A stretch of 64,000 bases of DNA from assembly GCA_001643675.2 (NCBI GenBank), contig LSRY02000046.1:682001-746000 (forward strand), read 5' to 3'. Below the pieces are notes generated by a model that worked only from the letters and a program-made list of their open reading frames with translations, had not been told where the DNA came from and did not search any database. The position numbers were made by a program, and so were the translations under genes. The DNA is from Monocercomonoides exilis PA203. Taxonomy: Eukaryota > Protista > Preaxostyla. Positions 1-11,700 of this stretch are shown one piece after another. Each line of letters begins with the position of its first letter. The first letter of the stretch is position 1.

Positions 1-600
1 TCTGCCTTTTTGTTCAGCAATTCCCTTTCATGAAGAAAATATTTTTTCCCTCCTGCCGAGCAAAAATCTCGTCAATGAACAGATTGAAGGAGAAGGAGAA
101 GAAAATGTGTTGTCTGCAAAAATGCAGCTTGAAATGGATTCTCCCTGTGATTGACGGTCAACACAAAAAATGCTGTTTGCTGGAATGGAAAAATGATTTA
201 AAAAATAAAATAAAAATAATTAGTTTTGCATAAATTATATAAATTCCTCAAAAGAACACTTACACCCTCCCTGTTGTAAATGCAGAGGATTGCCCAATAA
301 CAGATGCTGTCAATCTCCTTTTCCATTGTTTCCCAGTGCTCCTTTCTCCGTCATCCTTTTTTGTCACATAAACATCCTGCTTTCAATGTTGCCATCAACT
401 TTTTTTCAGAAAAAATATCCGAATAATTTTCTTTCCAATAACTGTCCAATTGTTGTTATTCCTTTTCGCTCTCATCAAAATGCTTTGAAATAAAATTTAT
501 TTTCATCCCCTCTCCCAACTGAATACAGAAAATCTTCAATTATCATTTGCTGATTATATCTCGGAATTCGCCTCTCTTCCGATATTCTCTTCAGAAAAGC
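1..600 (-). pseudogene. Possible decayed spliced gene remnant, product unknown, running off the window start
   Basis: The minus strand shows a GTAAGT donor near 263 and a pyrimidine-rich TTCCAG acceptor near 180 separating protein-like stretches (e.g. TMEKEIDSICYWAILCIYNRE). All frames contain stops and no family was recognised. Confidence 0.25.
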
Positions 601-1108
601 AAAGGAATGGCCATTTTTAAAATTTATCAGATTCTTGCACTCTGAGAAGGCCACAGATGGAAATATCTTTAAAATGAACAAGAATAATAAAAAATGCAAA
701 CATCATAATTTTCATATGTTATTTTGGAAAATAAATTTCCTTCAAAGATGATTTTCAAAAAAATCATCTTGCTAAATTCCATCATCAATTCCCCGTCATC
801 GCTGTCTCGTGCAACCACACAAAATAATATCGCCTATCCTGCAGAAAATATTCTCTCACCTATCTCTCATCTTTCCAATGGACAATCTCGTTCAAAGAAA
901 ACAACTCGATCAGAACACCCATAACAACGAACAGAAAAGATTAATCGTTCTTTATCTTTGTTATTACAAATCAAAAATGTTAATATCTATGATGAGAGTT
1001 TGAAAGCATATATTTCTATGGGCTGTTTTGAGTTTTTACTTTTCATCTATTTCTTCGATCCAAACATATGAACTATCAATGTGAATATTAAAACGGCATT
1101 GTTTTCTG

Positions 1109-2545
1109 ATGCAATTTTTTTGGAAAAATACAGGAGACTGACAGCACAAAAAAGTTCATGGGCTTGCATTCTTTATTGCATAAGAATTCTTGTTGATTGG
1201 ATTTCTTTCTTAATTTATTTCTTTTTTGAAGAATTGTTTTCTGAATTGGAATATTGCATTGAAGATGATCAGAAACAGAAAATCGAAGAAATGAATACAT
1301 TGATGAATGAGATGGATAAAGAAGAGTTTAAATTCATTTTTTCAGTGGAATTATTCAACAAAATCGAAGAAATGATCGAAGAAAAGAAAGTGACATTGGA
1401 AAATGTCATTTTGCTGTTGAGTTGCACCGGATATTGGATGGAGTTGAAAGATATATGGTGTTATCCTTTTAAATATTCTTTATTGAACAAAAGACTTGAG
1501 AAGATGATTATTGATGAAAATGAGAAGAAGAAAGAAGAAAAGAACAAAATGCTTTTGACTGATCTCTGCAAATTCTTTGTTTTGTGGAATCATGATGACG
1601 TTCCAGATGAATTTCTTTCAATCACTGTGCCTTGCCTTCTGAGTGCTGCATCGGACAAAGAGGATAGTAAAGAAGCAAAAAAGGAAGTGGAAATAGCTTT
1701 GCTGGCTTTGAGCTATATTTTTAATAATGTAAGAGCATTTCCATTTTATTTGACAAAATTGATTTTTTCCCTCTTTTTATATTAGGATATTGACAAAGAA
1801 CTTTATTTGGAAGAGATCAAAGAGATTATCCAATATCATCAGGAGCACAGAAATCTGACAACACTTGCCTATCAGTCAGCGTGGCAGTTTTTAATTAACC
1901 GATTTTGGAAAGACAAAAGCTTGGAAGAAGTGATTACAAATGAACTGCATTTCGCAAGAGAAGCAACAAGAGAATTGGAAGATCTGTCAAAGAGTGTGGA
2001 TTGGAAGAAAAAAGAAGAAGAAAGAGTTAATAAAACAAAAGAAGTGCTTATTTTGATAAGATGGCTTGAATTTGATAAGGATTATTTTCCCTATTGTCAT
2101 TCGTGGAATGAAGAACTTTCTGGACTTATCAGCAGAATTGTACAAGTGTTAAGAGCATCAAGAGATAATTGCAAAGAAATTAGTAGACAGTGCATTAATT
2201 CATTAAGAGAAGCAGCAGATAAAAGAGTCGTGAAAATTGATTACTTGTTGAAGGAAGGAATCATAGTTCTGTTTTTTGATGAAATAAAGCAATCAACTTT
2301 GGATGATGATATTTTGTGGAATTGCTTGTTTTTCTTTTTGAATATTTCAAGGAGATTGAAAGAAGAGGAGGATGAAAAGGAAGAAGAAGAAGAAAAGACG
2401 GCCAAAAGAAAAGTATTTGAAATGATGGAAGAAGAAGGATATGAAGATTGTGTTGAGTGTTTTAATGAAAATTTTCATTTTTTTGAACAATAAATATCAT
2501 CAAAAATTATTGTTGAAAATACATGATTATTTTGTGAATGTTTGA
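1109..2545 (+). CDS. Lineage-expanded helical/ARM-like repeat family protein (KVFEMMEEEGYED family); two introns; two poly-T frameshifts (pseudogene or homopolymer errors)
   Basis: ORFs 1081-1785 and 1807-2493 join in frame across intron 1729-1785 (GTAAG...ATTAG), giving FNN|DIDKELYLEEIKEII. A first intron at about 1162-1231 has GCTTG...GAAG ends. The protein is colinear with the paralogue at 25336-26795 (KEVEIALLALS, LAYQSAW, KVFE.MEEEGYED). Removing one T near 2480 restores the family C-terminus DYFVNV*. Confidence 0.75.
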
Positions 2546-2647
2546 GAAAATTCTTTTCATTTGATTTTTCTCCTCAAGATTGCAATAATCTTTTAGAATT
2601 CATCTCACAAAATTTAAAACATTCATTCAAGGTTTTTTTAAATATCT

Positions 2648-2899
2648 GGGTGATTATTTTTGATGTCGTGTTTTTTCTGTCAAAAAATTCGGAAAGAAAA
2701 TTTGCATTGAATATAAAGAAATACACAACGAAAATTATTCTCCTATTTGTTGATTCATTTGCATTGAACTTATCTCAAACATTCGCTCATGAAAGAAATG
2801 TGAACATTTTTCATTTAAAAGAAAAATTTCCTGTCAAGGACAAACTCTCTTTGAAATGTCAATTCCCCCAAAAAGTTATTATTTCAGAAATAATCACCC
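2648..2899. mobile_element. 252-bp MITE, GGGTGATT family, 4-bp TSD ATCT
   Basis: Left end GGGTGATTATTTTTGA and right end TCAGAAATAATCACCC are inverted with 1 mismatch in 16. ATCT is directly repeated at 2644-2647 and 2900-2903. Termini match the MITE at 33426-33664. Confidence 0.8.
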
Positions 2900-3595
2900 A
2901 TCTGGGGGATAATTCGGACTTTTAACCTTTTTTTTTTTTTTTTTTTTTTTTTACTCAAAGTTCAGTCGTTCATCGTTCATGTTAATTGTTAAATGTTGCC
3001 AACGATAATTCTTAAATTATTATGGTTGTTTCAGTTAAACATATTTGAATATCTTTTTATTGGAAATGCCTTTCGCTATTTCAACTTTTAGCACATCTTC
3101 ATTTGAAACAGTTTTAACAGGATTTATTCCAAAATTGGACCTCCACTTCATTTCTGTCTTCTTGTCGCGAAACACTCAAAAACGAAAGTTTCATTAATTC
3201 GTTCCTTCTTCAACGCTTGCAAAATGAGAAAAGTTAAAATTCCTTCTAACGTGCGAATTGCAAAGGCACTCAACTGCACACCGAGCCTTGTCTGCCAGGA
3301 AAGCACCGGATATATAAGGAAAAAGGTAATTGAGAAAAAAAACATGTTGACGACTCGAAAGCAAGAAAAACGAGTCACGGAAATTTCAAAAAATCTGAGA
3401 GATAAAAGAAAGCAAATCACACCGAAAACGCTAAAAACCGTTGTTGCGAAAGTTTCTCATAAAACGCCTTCTCACAATTTTCATTCTTCATTCATAAAAA
3501 GGCATAACGAGGAATCGATGATCGTTCCTTCAAGCGTAAGAGAAGAAAAAAGAATGAAAATATCGGAACAAAGCATCATCATCTGGAAAAATCAT

Positions 3596-6512
3596 GGCAT
3601 AAGTGTAAAAAAACACCTCCTCCAATTTCACGATTTCATTCATGATAATAAGTGGTAATAAATAACATAAAAAAGCAACACTTTTGGGTGGAGCAGTTTT
3701 TTTCGATTTCAACACAAAATATCAAAAATAAATATTTATGATCTGTCCCATTATTAAATTTTTATTTCAATATTTTTTGCATAAAACTTTAATGCCCGTG
3801 AATTGAATGTTGATCTTTGGATTTGATTATGCAGTACTTAAAAACTTAACAAATGAGGTTTGAAATTTACACTTTATTTCTGTATTTAAACGCTATTTTT
3901 CCAGTTTTATAAAATGTGATTTTGGGAGAGACTTCTTGTTTGCTCAAAAATTGTTCAATCAATGATCATGGTGGAGCAATATGTTGCGATTTCCTACTTA
4001 ACATAGACATCATAAAATGCAATTTCACAAGTTGTTCTGCTTTCCATGGAGAAGCAGCTGCTATATAGTGTCCTCAAACAAATTCTGTTTGGATATTCTC
4101 AGAAAACAAAGTGGAAAGTTGTTCAATAACATATTGGTGTGGAACGGGTTGGTATTTCTTGCTAAACGACTTGTCCGCATCTGGCCAATTCCTGTTCACC
4201 AAATGCAAGTGCATCGCAAATTCTGGTGGTGATTCAACAGGCTCACTTGCATTTAATTATCCTCCACAAAATAAACCAAATCAATTTTTGGTTAATGATT
4301 GCCAGTTTATAAACAATAAATTGACATCAACTTCAACTTCATTGGGAGGTGCTGCAATGTTTTTCAGAGACACATATGATTGGATGAATGGAACAAAATT
4401 CATCACATTCTGTTTCTTCGATGGAAATACAGCAACATATGGCATGTGAAATGATATGTTCTTTAATGGAAGCATCATCACTCAATCCTCATTCAATCAG
4501 TGTTGATCATCACCCTTGGTAAAAAGAGTGTGGAACAGCAATACAGCTGACAATGCAGTGATCAATGACTGGCTCCCCCTCATTGCACAGAACAAAATTG
4601 TTTCTGACAACAAAACTGATGCTAGCGCCTGTGGAGAACCCCAACAGACCCTATGTGCCACCATCGAGTGTACTCTCAACTGCTTCATTTCCCTCCTCCA
4701 AGATGCCTTCCTCGCTCTCCCCACCTCAATATTTGCTCCCACTCTAACGCTCTCTTTCGGTGCAACTGATGCAGAAATTTCTAAAAAAGGAACAATTGCT
4801 CGGTCATTTGAATCTTCATGTAATGCCCATTGACATTACTCATGTTCATCGTCATATTTTCTTCTTATCTTTTGCCTCTTTCTCTTCTTCTTCTTCTTCT
4901 TCTTCTTCCACTTCCTCTTCATCGATCTCTTCTCCACCTTATCCTCTCAACAGCTCTCAATCAGATCTTCAATACTCCTTCTTCGACTTTTTCGTGATCT
5001 TCTGTTTTCTCCTGTAATCTCTCTCTTCTCCTCCAATACCCACTTTCATGAGTATTGGCTCTGTCCTCTCCATCGAAAACCCTTTTTTCAGAGCGAAATT
5101 CGTCATTCGCACAGGTTCCACCTGGCTCAAAGAAGCCATATGCCTGTGAGTCATTGAATTCAACATCAGAAAGAAGTCCCTCCCACCCTTCAAACTCTTC
5201 AAGCACATCCTCAGAAGCTCCTTGAGAAGAACCAACTTTGCAAGGAAAGTCAACTATGGGGGACTCCTTAACTGAATCTTAAACATTCACGATTCTACAA
5301 GACTTATCCACGCTTGCCTCGTGACTGCCGGACTACCTCGCAACAATGAAATCGTCAGAGCATTCGTAATACCTCGTTAACGACTTGAACCTCCTTCCTT
5401 ATTCGCACTTTAACAACTTTCTCTTCTGAACAGCTGTTTTTTACAAACAAACATATACAAGTTCGCTTCATGTTTATATTCTCCACATTTCATAAAACAA
5501 AAATAGTCTATTTTTATTATATCATCTGTTTGATTAGAAAAAGAGATTGATAAAGAGACAAAAAAGTTGAAGCAAAAGAAAGGAAATCAAAAGAATGCTG
5601 TCAGAAAAGATGAAAATATGAAAAAGATAGACGAAATGATATAGTTTATGTTATGGTTTGTTTTTCTGTTTTCATATATAAAAATGTGTCAATAGGTGTT
5701 TCAAATAGCTCATTTTTGTTGTTTTCTTGAGGTTTAAAAAAGAAAACATTCTTGCATTACATCAAAAAAACAAAAAATGCATCATTATTTTCTGTTTGTG
5801 AACATGAAATATTTTCGTATTTTCAAAAGTTTTACTTTTTAAACATTTGAACTTTATGCAACATTAAAAAAATATCTAAACTTTTCTTTCTTATGAAAAT
5901 TCTGAAATGATTATCACTTAATAAAATGAACACACACGAGTAGGATGTGCAAATAATCATATAACATAAACGTTCATTTTCCCTTATTCAAACACAACAA
6001 TTATAATTGTCTTTATTTCAAAGTTATTGCTCACCAGTTTTAAGATTGCAAAACAAATAAACAACGATTTAAATTGTTAAAAAAAGACCAAGAAAAAATC
6101 AAATACTTAATTTGACATTATACAAAATAAAAATGGAAATATTAATTCAACAAAATTATATGAAATTATTATTTTACAACTGTTATATAGGTGTAAGTTA
6201 GTAATCAATTGAACAACATTGAAAAGGAAATAAAAACTGTGTGTAATCGTTATCATTAATGATTTAGGAATTGTTGCGTTATTTATTCCTAAGATCAACA
6301 TTCAATTCACGGGCATTAAAGTTTTATGCAAAAAATATTGAAATAAAAATTTAATAATGGGACAGATCATAAATATTTATTTTTGATATTTTGTGTTGAA
6401 ATCGAAAAAAACTGCTCCACCCAAAAGTGTTGCTTTTTTATGTTATTTATTACCACTTATTATCATGAATGAAATCGTGAAATTGGAGGAGGTGTTTTTT
6501 TACACTTATGCC
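3596..6512. mobile_element. Non-autonomous TIR DNA transposon (2917 bp) with 222-bp TIRs, 8-bp TSD and captured gene fragments (Pack-type)
   Basis: 3596-3817 (GGCATAAGTG...GTTGATCTT) is the reverse complement of 6291-6512, with no mismatch seen by eye. AAAATCAT is duplicated at 3588-3595 and 6513-6520. No transposase ORF lies inside. Confidence 0.93.
3913..4833 (+). pseudogene. Captured fragment of a beta-helix surface-protein ectodomain module
   Basis: One frame with 3 internal stops: GGAICC...FITFCFFDGNTA..*NDMFF...KRVW...DWLP...VSDNKTDASACG....CATI. The motif order matches the N-terminal module of the giant receptors (FFLFFHEC..G.D...KR...WL...V...GND...CG...C.T). Confidence 0.75.
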
Positions 6513-8713
6513 AAAATCATTTGGTTCAATATGCGTGTGGAAAATATTCATCCTTGATCTTCTGTGCTGATGAATCAGGTTATCACGCACATGAAGATAC
6601 AAGAAAGATGAACCTTATTGTCGGAACAAATGAAAATCGTGTAATTGATCACACGCCTGTTGACAGAGGAGAAAAAAGGTTATCATTGCTCCACTGCATT
6701 TCACTTGATGGTACTTTTGTCCCTCCTTGTTTTCTGGTGCAAAAACCGTTCAACACAAGATCCCTTCGGTCTCTAGGCTATCAAATAGGAATTCATGGTT
6801 GCGTAGAAGTCGGAAATTCGTCTTATTTTATAAAAGGAGTGGTTTGAAAACTGGATTGAGAAAGTTTTCATTCCTCATGTCAACATTAAAAGAATGATTT
6901 TGCCAGATAAACACGCACAGGCAGTGTTGATTCTTGATGGCTGCAGAATCCACCTATCGGATAATGTATTGACTCGTCTTTATAATGAGAATATTTTGCT
7001 TTTGGTTTTGCCTCTGAATACAACAAACTTGTTGCAGTCATTGGATTTATAAATTTTTTCTCTTTGGAAACTTCAAATTCAACAGGTTAGATCAGGTTCA
7101 ACGCATGATAGTATGGAACAACTTTTGTGGGTTGCAGTGAATGCCATTCTGCAAGTTTCTTCATCGATCAACATTTTTTCTACATTCAAAGAAAGTGGAC
7201 TTGTGAATGATTTTCAAAAAACTCCTTTAACAGCCCAGATCTTTGAAGAAAGCTTCAAAAAAGTGATGGAAATTGTGAAATAGGTCAACAAATCATTGCC
7301 GCTTTCATATACAAGAAAAACAAGACAAACAAAGGGAGGTTTATGGGGAATAATGAACATTGACAAAATCCCAGTTTATTTTGGACTTCCGCAATAAACA
7401 ACACTTGGCGAACAATTGATATGTGAAAGAGTTTTTTTCATTTATATTTCATGGAGCATTTCAAAAAAAAAACATGATAAAATAAACAAAATAATTATCA
7501 AATTTTTGTTTTTCTTTATTTCAATAATACAAAAAGAATTAACAATTAACAAGAACAGTGAGAATCTGTTCAACAATGTTGTTTCACTCATTATTTTATA
7601 AAACTTTTTCAGATTTCAAAGTTGAATTCACATTTCAGAAAACAGGTATTATTGATTGCAATAACAGAATGATTTGTGACCTGACACGTGCCTCAAAAAA
7701 GAACAAATTTCGTTGATATTTTTCTTTCACGAAAAGTGAATTAAAAGTTTAAATTTTTTGCATGAAAATGCCTGAAGTTGCATAACTGAACCTATCTTTT
7801 TGAATTTATTTGAAAAGTTCCTTTAGTTCAATTCTCAAAATGTGAATATTCATTTTTCATTATCAACTGAAAATTATACAAAATGAACTTTACAAAAGAA
7901 TAAATACATATTTTTTTGCGGGAATAGAAAATTGATCAAAATATGAACATTTATTATAATCATCAGAATTTTTCATTTGCGACTTTAAAAAAAAAGAATA
8001 TCACAAATTTATCACATTTTTTTATGAAAAATAAAATTTGTTTTATTTATTGTATATCAAAATGCTCACAATACTCCACTTAAAAATAGCCATTGGAAAA
8101 TTGAAGCAAAATCAACAGCCTTTTTTCCCAAGAATCTCTTTTTGGAATCATTTTTTTGTGTGTATTCTTTTTGTTGCAAACACCATTCCAATTTGTTTTT
8201 CAAGAAGGATCGAGCTTGGCCCGGCCATTGGAAATGCCTCATTCATCTTCCTTATTCTCAAAAAAATTCGACAATGCACACGTGCACAAAAAACATTTCT
8301 TTTCATTTCCATATTCGTTGATTCCTTTGTCACAATACCTCTCAAAAATCAAAAACAGTGACCATTTGAAAAAACAGAAAAGAAAACTTCTGAGCAACAA
8401 CTCAAACGAATGGAAAACTTCCAGTCATCAAGTTGATGATAATTCAACAAGCCAAAACACTTTTCAAAACGAAAATAAATGATCAGAGAAGCAAAAGACA
8501 ACACATCATGCGCGAGCAGATGCTCAATTCTCGACAATTCGACATTCTGCACAAAATGCAACAATGAATGAACTTCTTGTGGGAGCTGAGATATTTGTAA
8601 CGTTTCCTTCTTATTTCCAGCTTTGCTTCTTGCAAGTGAAGTGGAATGTATTTCCACAAATGATAACATCACAAGTTTTTTATTTCGTGTGATCTTTTTT
8701 TATTTTCAACTTT

Positions 8714-11700
8714 TCATTTCGTGCCAATGTTTTGAACTTCATTGATTGCTGCAACTGTCTCCCTGCTGTCGTTCTTCCTGTTGCTCTGCCCATCATTCCT
8801 CGATGGAACCAGATATGCGATTGCATCCGACACCGTGAACATCGCTCCATCCTTCGGGAATCTTCCAAACAGCACTCGCTTCACTTCCACCAGCGTCGGC
8901 CGGCTTTTCCTCTCCCCGCACCAGCATGCCTCCACATATCTCTGGAACTCCGCTGGCAGCTTTTCCAACGCAGGCCTTTCCCCATTCACAATCTTCTGCC
9001 CTGCTGTCTCTGCCTCAAACTCCCCAAACGGCACCTTCAATGTCAAGCACTCCCACAGCATCATCCCAATCGAAAACACAACTGACTTCTTTGACACTCC
9101 CATGTTCTTGTTCATCAGCAGCTCTGGTGCCTTCCACCTCAAACTCTCTTTTTTGAAATCATCCTCATCCTCAAAGGCTGATGAAGGAAGAGAATCTTCA
9201 TCATCATCTTCACTTGCTGAAGTCGCAACCGTTGATGAAGAGATGGATGAGGAATCAGAATCATCAGAAGAGAAGTCTGAATGCATCACAATGCAGATCA
9301 CCATGTGTTCTGAAAACAATACAATATGAGGGCTCAGAGTGGAAAGAGAAGAGAGAGGATTTTCCATTTCATCAAACGAGTGAAGTGCGAGATTCGCCAC
9401 CCAGAACAGGATTTGAGCAGCTGTTTGCTCTCTTTCCTTCAATGTGCAAATTGCCATCTCTTTCTTCTCATTCCTTCCGTGCAACAACATGAACAGCGAA
9501 TCTCTCAAATCCACAATCAGCTTCTCGTAAGGGCATGAGCAGGCCATTGCATCCACCAGATTCGACATCGATGAAGTGGTTGGGCATGCATCTTCCATTC
9601 GAACAAATGATGAATCTGAGTCAGTTGTTGAAGTGGAAGATATTGAAGGTGAAGGAGTTCTTTTTCTTGTCTCTTCTTCTTCCTTTTCGTCAACCTTCTC
9701 CAGCATCCATTGAGGGATCTTATCTGAATCTTTCCCCAAGATATATTCAGTTGACCCACTCTCACTCAGCAAATGCTCAGATGACTCCGAATGTCCCAAG
9801 CTTTTCTCATACACCCTCCTCTTTATCATCTCTTCATTCTTCTTTTCTACTTCCCTTTCGGCCCTTCTCCATTGTTCCTCAGGCAACATCTCCATCGTCA
9901 TCATCTCAATCAGCTTCGGATCCTTCCTCACTGAATCTTCCACAATCTCCTCCAGTTCTTCTGTTCTTCTCTTTTGCTTTCTCCATCGAACAGCCAGGAT
10001 AATAGATACAATAAGAACAATCAACAATAAAATAACAAGCACAATCACAATCAACAACCAATAAGATTTCTGTTCTTTTCCTCCTTCAACAAATTTTTCA
10101 TCTCCATTAATCTTTGTTTCGCTTGCATTCTTCAGTATGAATGACTGTGTCGAAGAAGGAGATTCCACATAACCAAACATTAAATATACAGTCACCTCTA
10201 TTTCATTTCCACAGCTGCTGATCAGATCTTTTGTTGCACTTCCTTCAACTTCTCTTTCCGATAAAAACCCATTTGAATCAAAATTATGTTTTTCAATCTC
10301 TTTCTCTTCTCCCTTTCTCTTCACAACTGAGAATGACAGATTGCATGGAACAAAAAGCATCCCTTTGAATATAAGCTTCATTCTATTTGCCTCTTCTTTT
10401 GATTCCACACTCTCCAGAACAGAAATGAAGAATGATGAATCCCTTTCTGAAACAATACCTTCAAAACTGCACCCATCATTCAACATCTAAAGAGATGTGT
10501 TTCTTTCCCATCCATCTCCTCCTTTCAAACTCATCACATTCAATGTTCCTAAATCTGAGCAGATGATATTCCTTCTCAGCGATGGATATCCTTCAATTGA
10601 TGGATTGTTGTTCATGAACTCTCCTTTAACAATTATAACATTTCCTCCTCTCATTGTTATTCCTCCATTCGATGAGCCGGCAATCGTTGTATCTTCGACT
10701 TTCACTTTGCTCTCAGTTAAATCAACAGCTGAACCGTTCCACCAACAAATCTTCTCTCTCTCAATAATGTTTGTTTTTGGCCCTTCATCTGCAGTTCCAC
10801 AATCAATTTTGCACCCATCAACAAAAACTCCCTCACTCATCCAAACCTGAATCACATTTCCTTTTCCTGCCAAGCTCTGGCATCCCACCAATGTGCAGTT
10901 CGACAAACTCGTTGCTTCACGTGAATTGCTGCACCTAATCCCTGCTGCCTTCTCACATCCGCTTGTCACATTCAGGAGTTTTGAGTGACACACCTTCATC
11001 TCTCTCCCTCCATCCCTGTTCTCAATCTCACAAAACGATCCTTCATCCATCCTTATGTTTTCCACCTCCACATCTCCAAACAACCCTTCACAATCCCTCG
11101 CACAAATCCCTCCATATTTGCAACAAATGCTCTTGATCTTCATCTCACGCACCGACACAGCTCCTCCAAAACACATCAGCCACTCAGCACTAACATGCTC
11201 CACTTCGCAATTTCTCATCATCACTTGCCCTCCTGTACACTTCACAAGAACAGGAACACCAGACTCGTATGCCTCTGGCTCCAACGAACCAAAACTCACT
11301 TCAGAGAACGAAATCGACTCCTGATCCACATCAAACACCACTTTGTGTGCTGTGGGAAACACCTTCCCAAACATAAAGCTCACAAGCTCCACAACCACTT
11401 TCCCACCAACCTCTATCACCCCTTCTCGCGTGCAAACAAGAGACTCGCCAATCGTGATTTTTGCCTTCTCCCAGCTCTTCGAACGCATCACAACATCCCC
11501 AATCTCAATCTCTTTCTCGATCTCGCTCTCTCCATCCACTGCCACCATCGAGTTGAACCCTGCCACAACATGCTCCATCCCATACCCCACCGACAAGCAC
11601 GGCTGCTCCACAGTCCCGCACTTCCGCCAGTTCCCTCCCCCTTTCCCAAACACATTCGATACAACAATCGTCGACGACTGACACACTGTTATCAGCTCAA

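Larger units (their letters stand above)
3224..7397 (+). pseudogene. pogo-type (DDE_1, DD35D) transposase pseudogene split by the 3596-6512 insertion
   Basis: The N-terminal basic/HTH-like part 3224-3595 (...IIIWKNH) rejoins in frame with 6521 (LVQYACGKYSSLIFCADESG) once the insert and one TSD copy are removed. Motifs DESG, LILDG and LLQSLD give 35 residues between the 2nd and 3rd Asp. There is a frameshift near 6835 and later TAA/TAG stops. Confidence 0.85.

Noticed and set aside
8038-8680. Overlapping short ORFs downstream of the first receptor
   Set aside because: There are no recognisable motifs or consistent splice structure.
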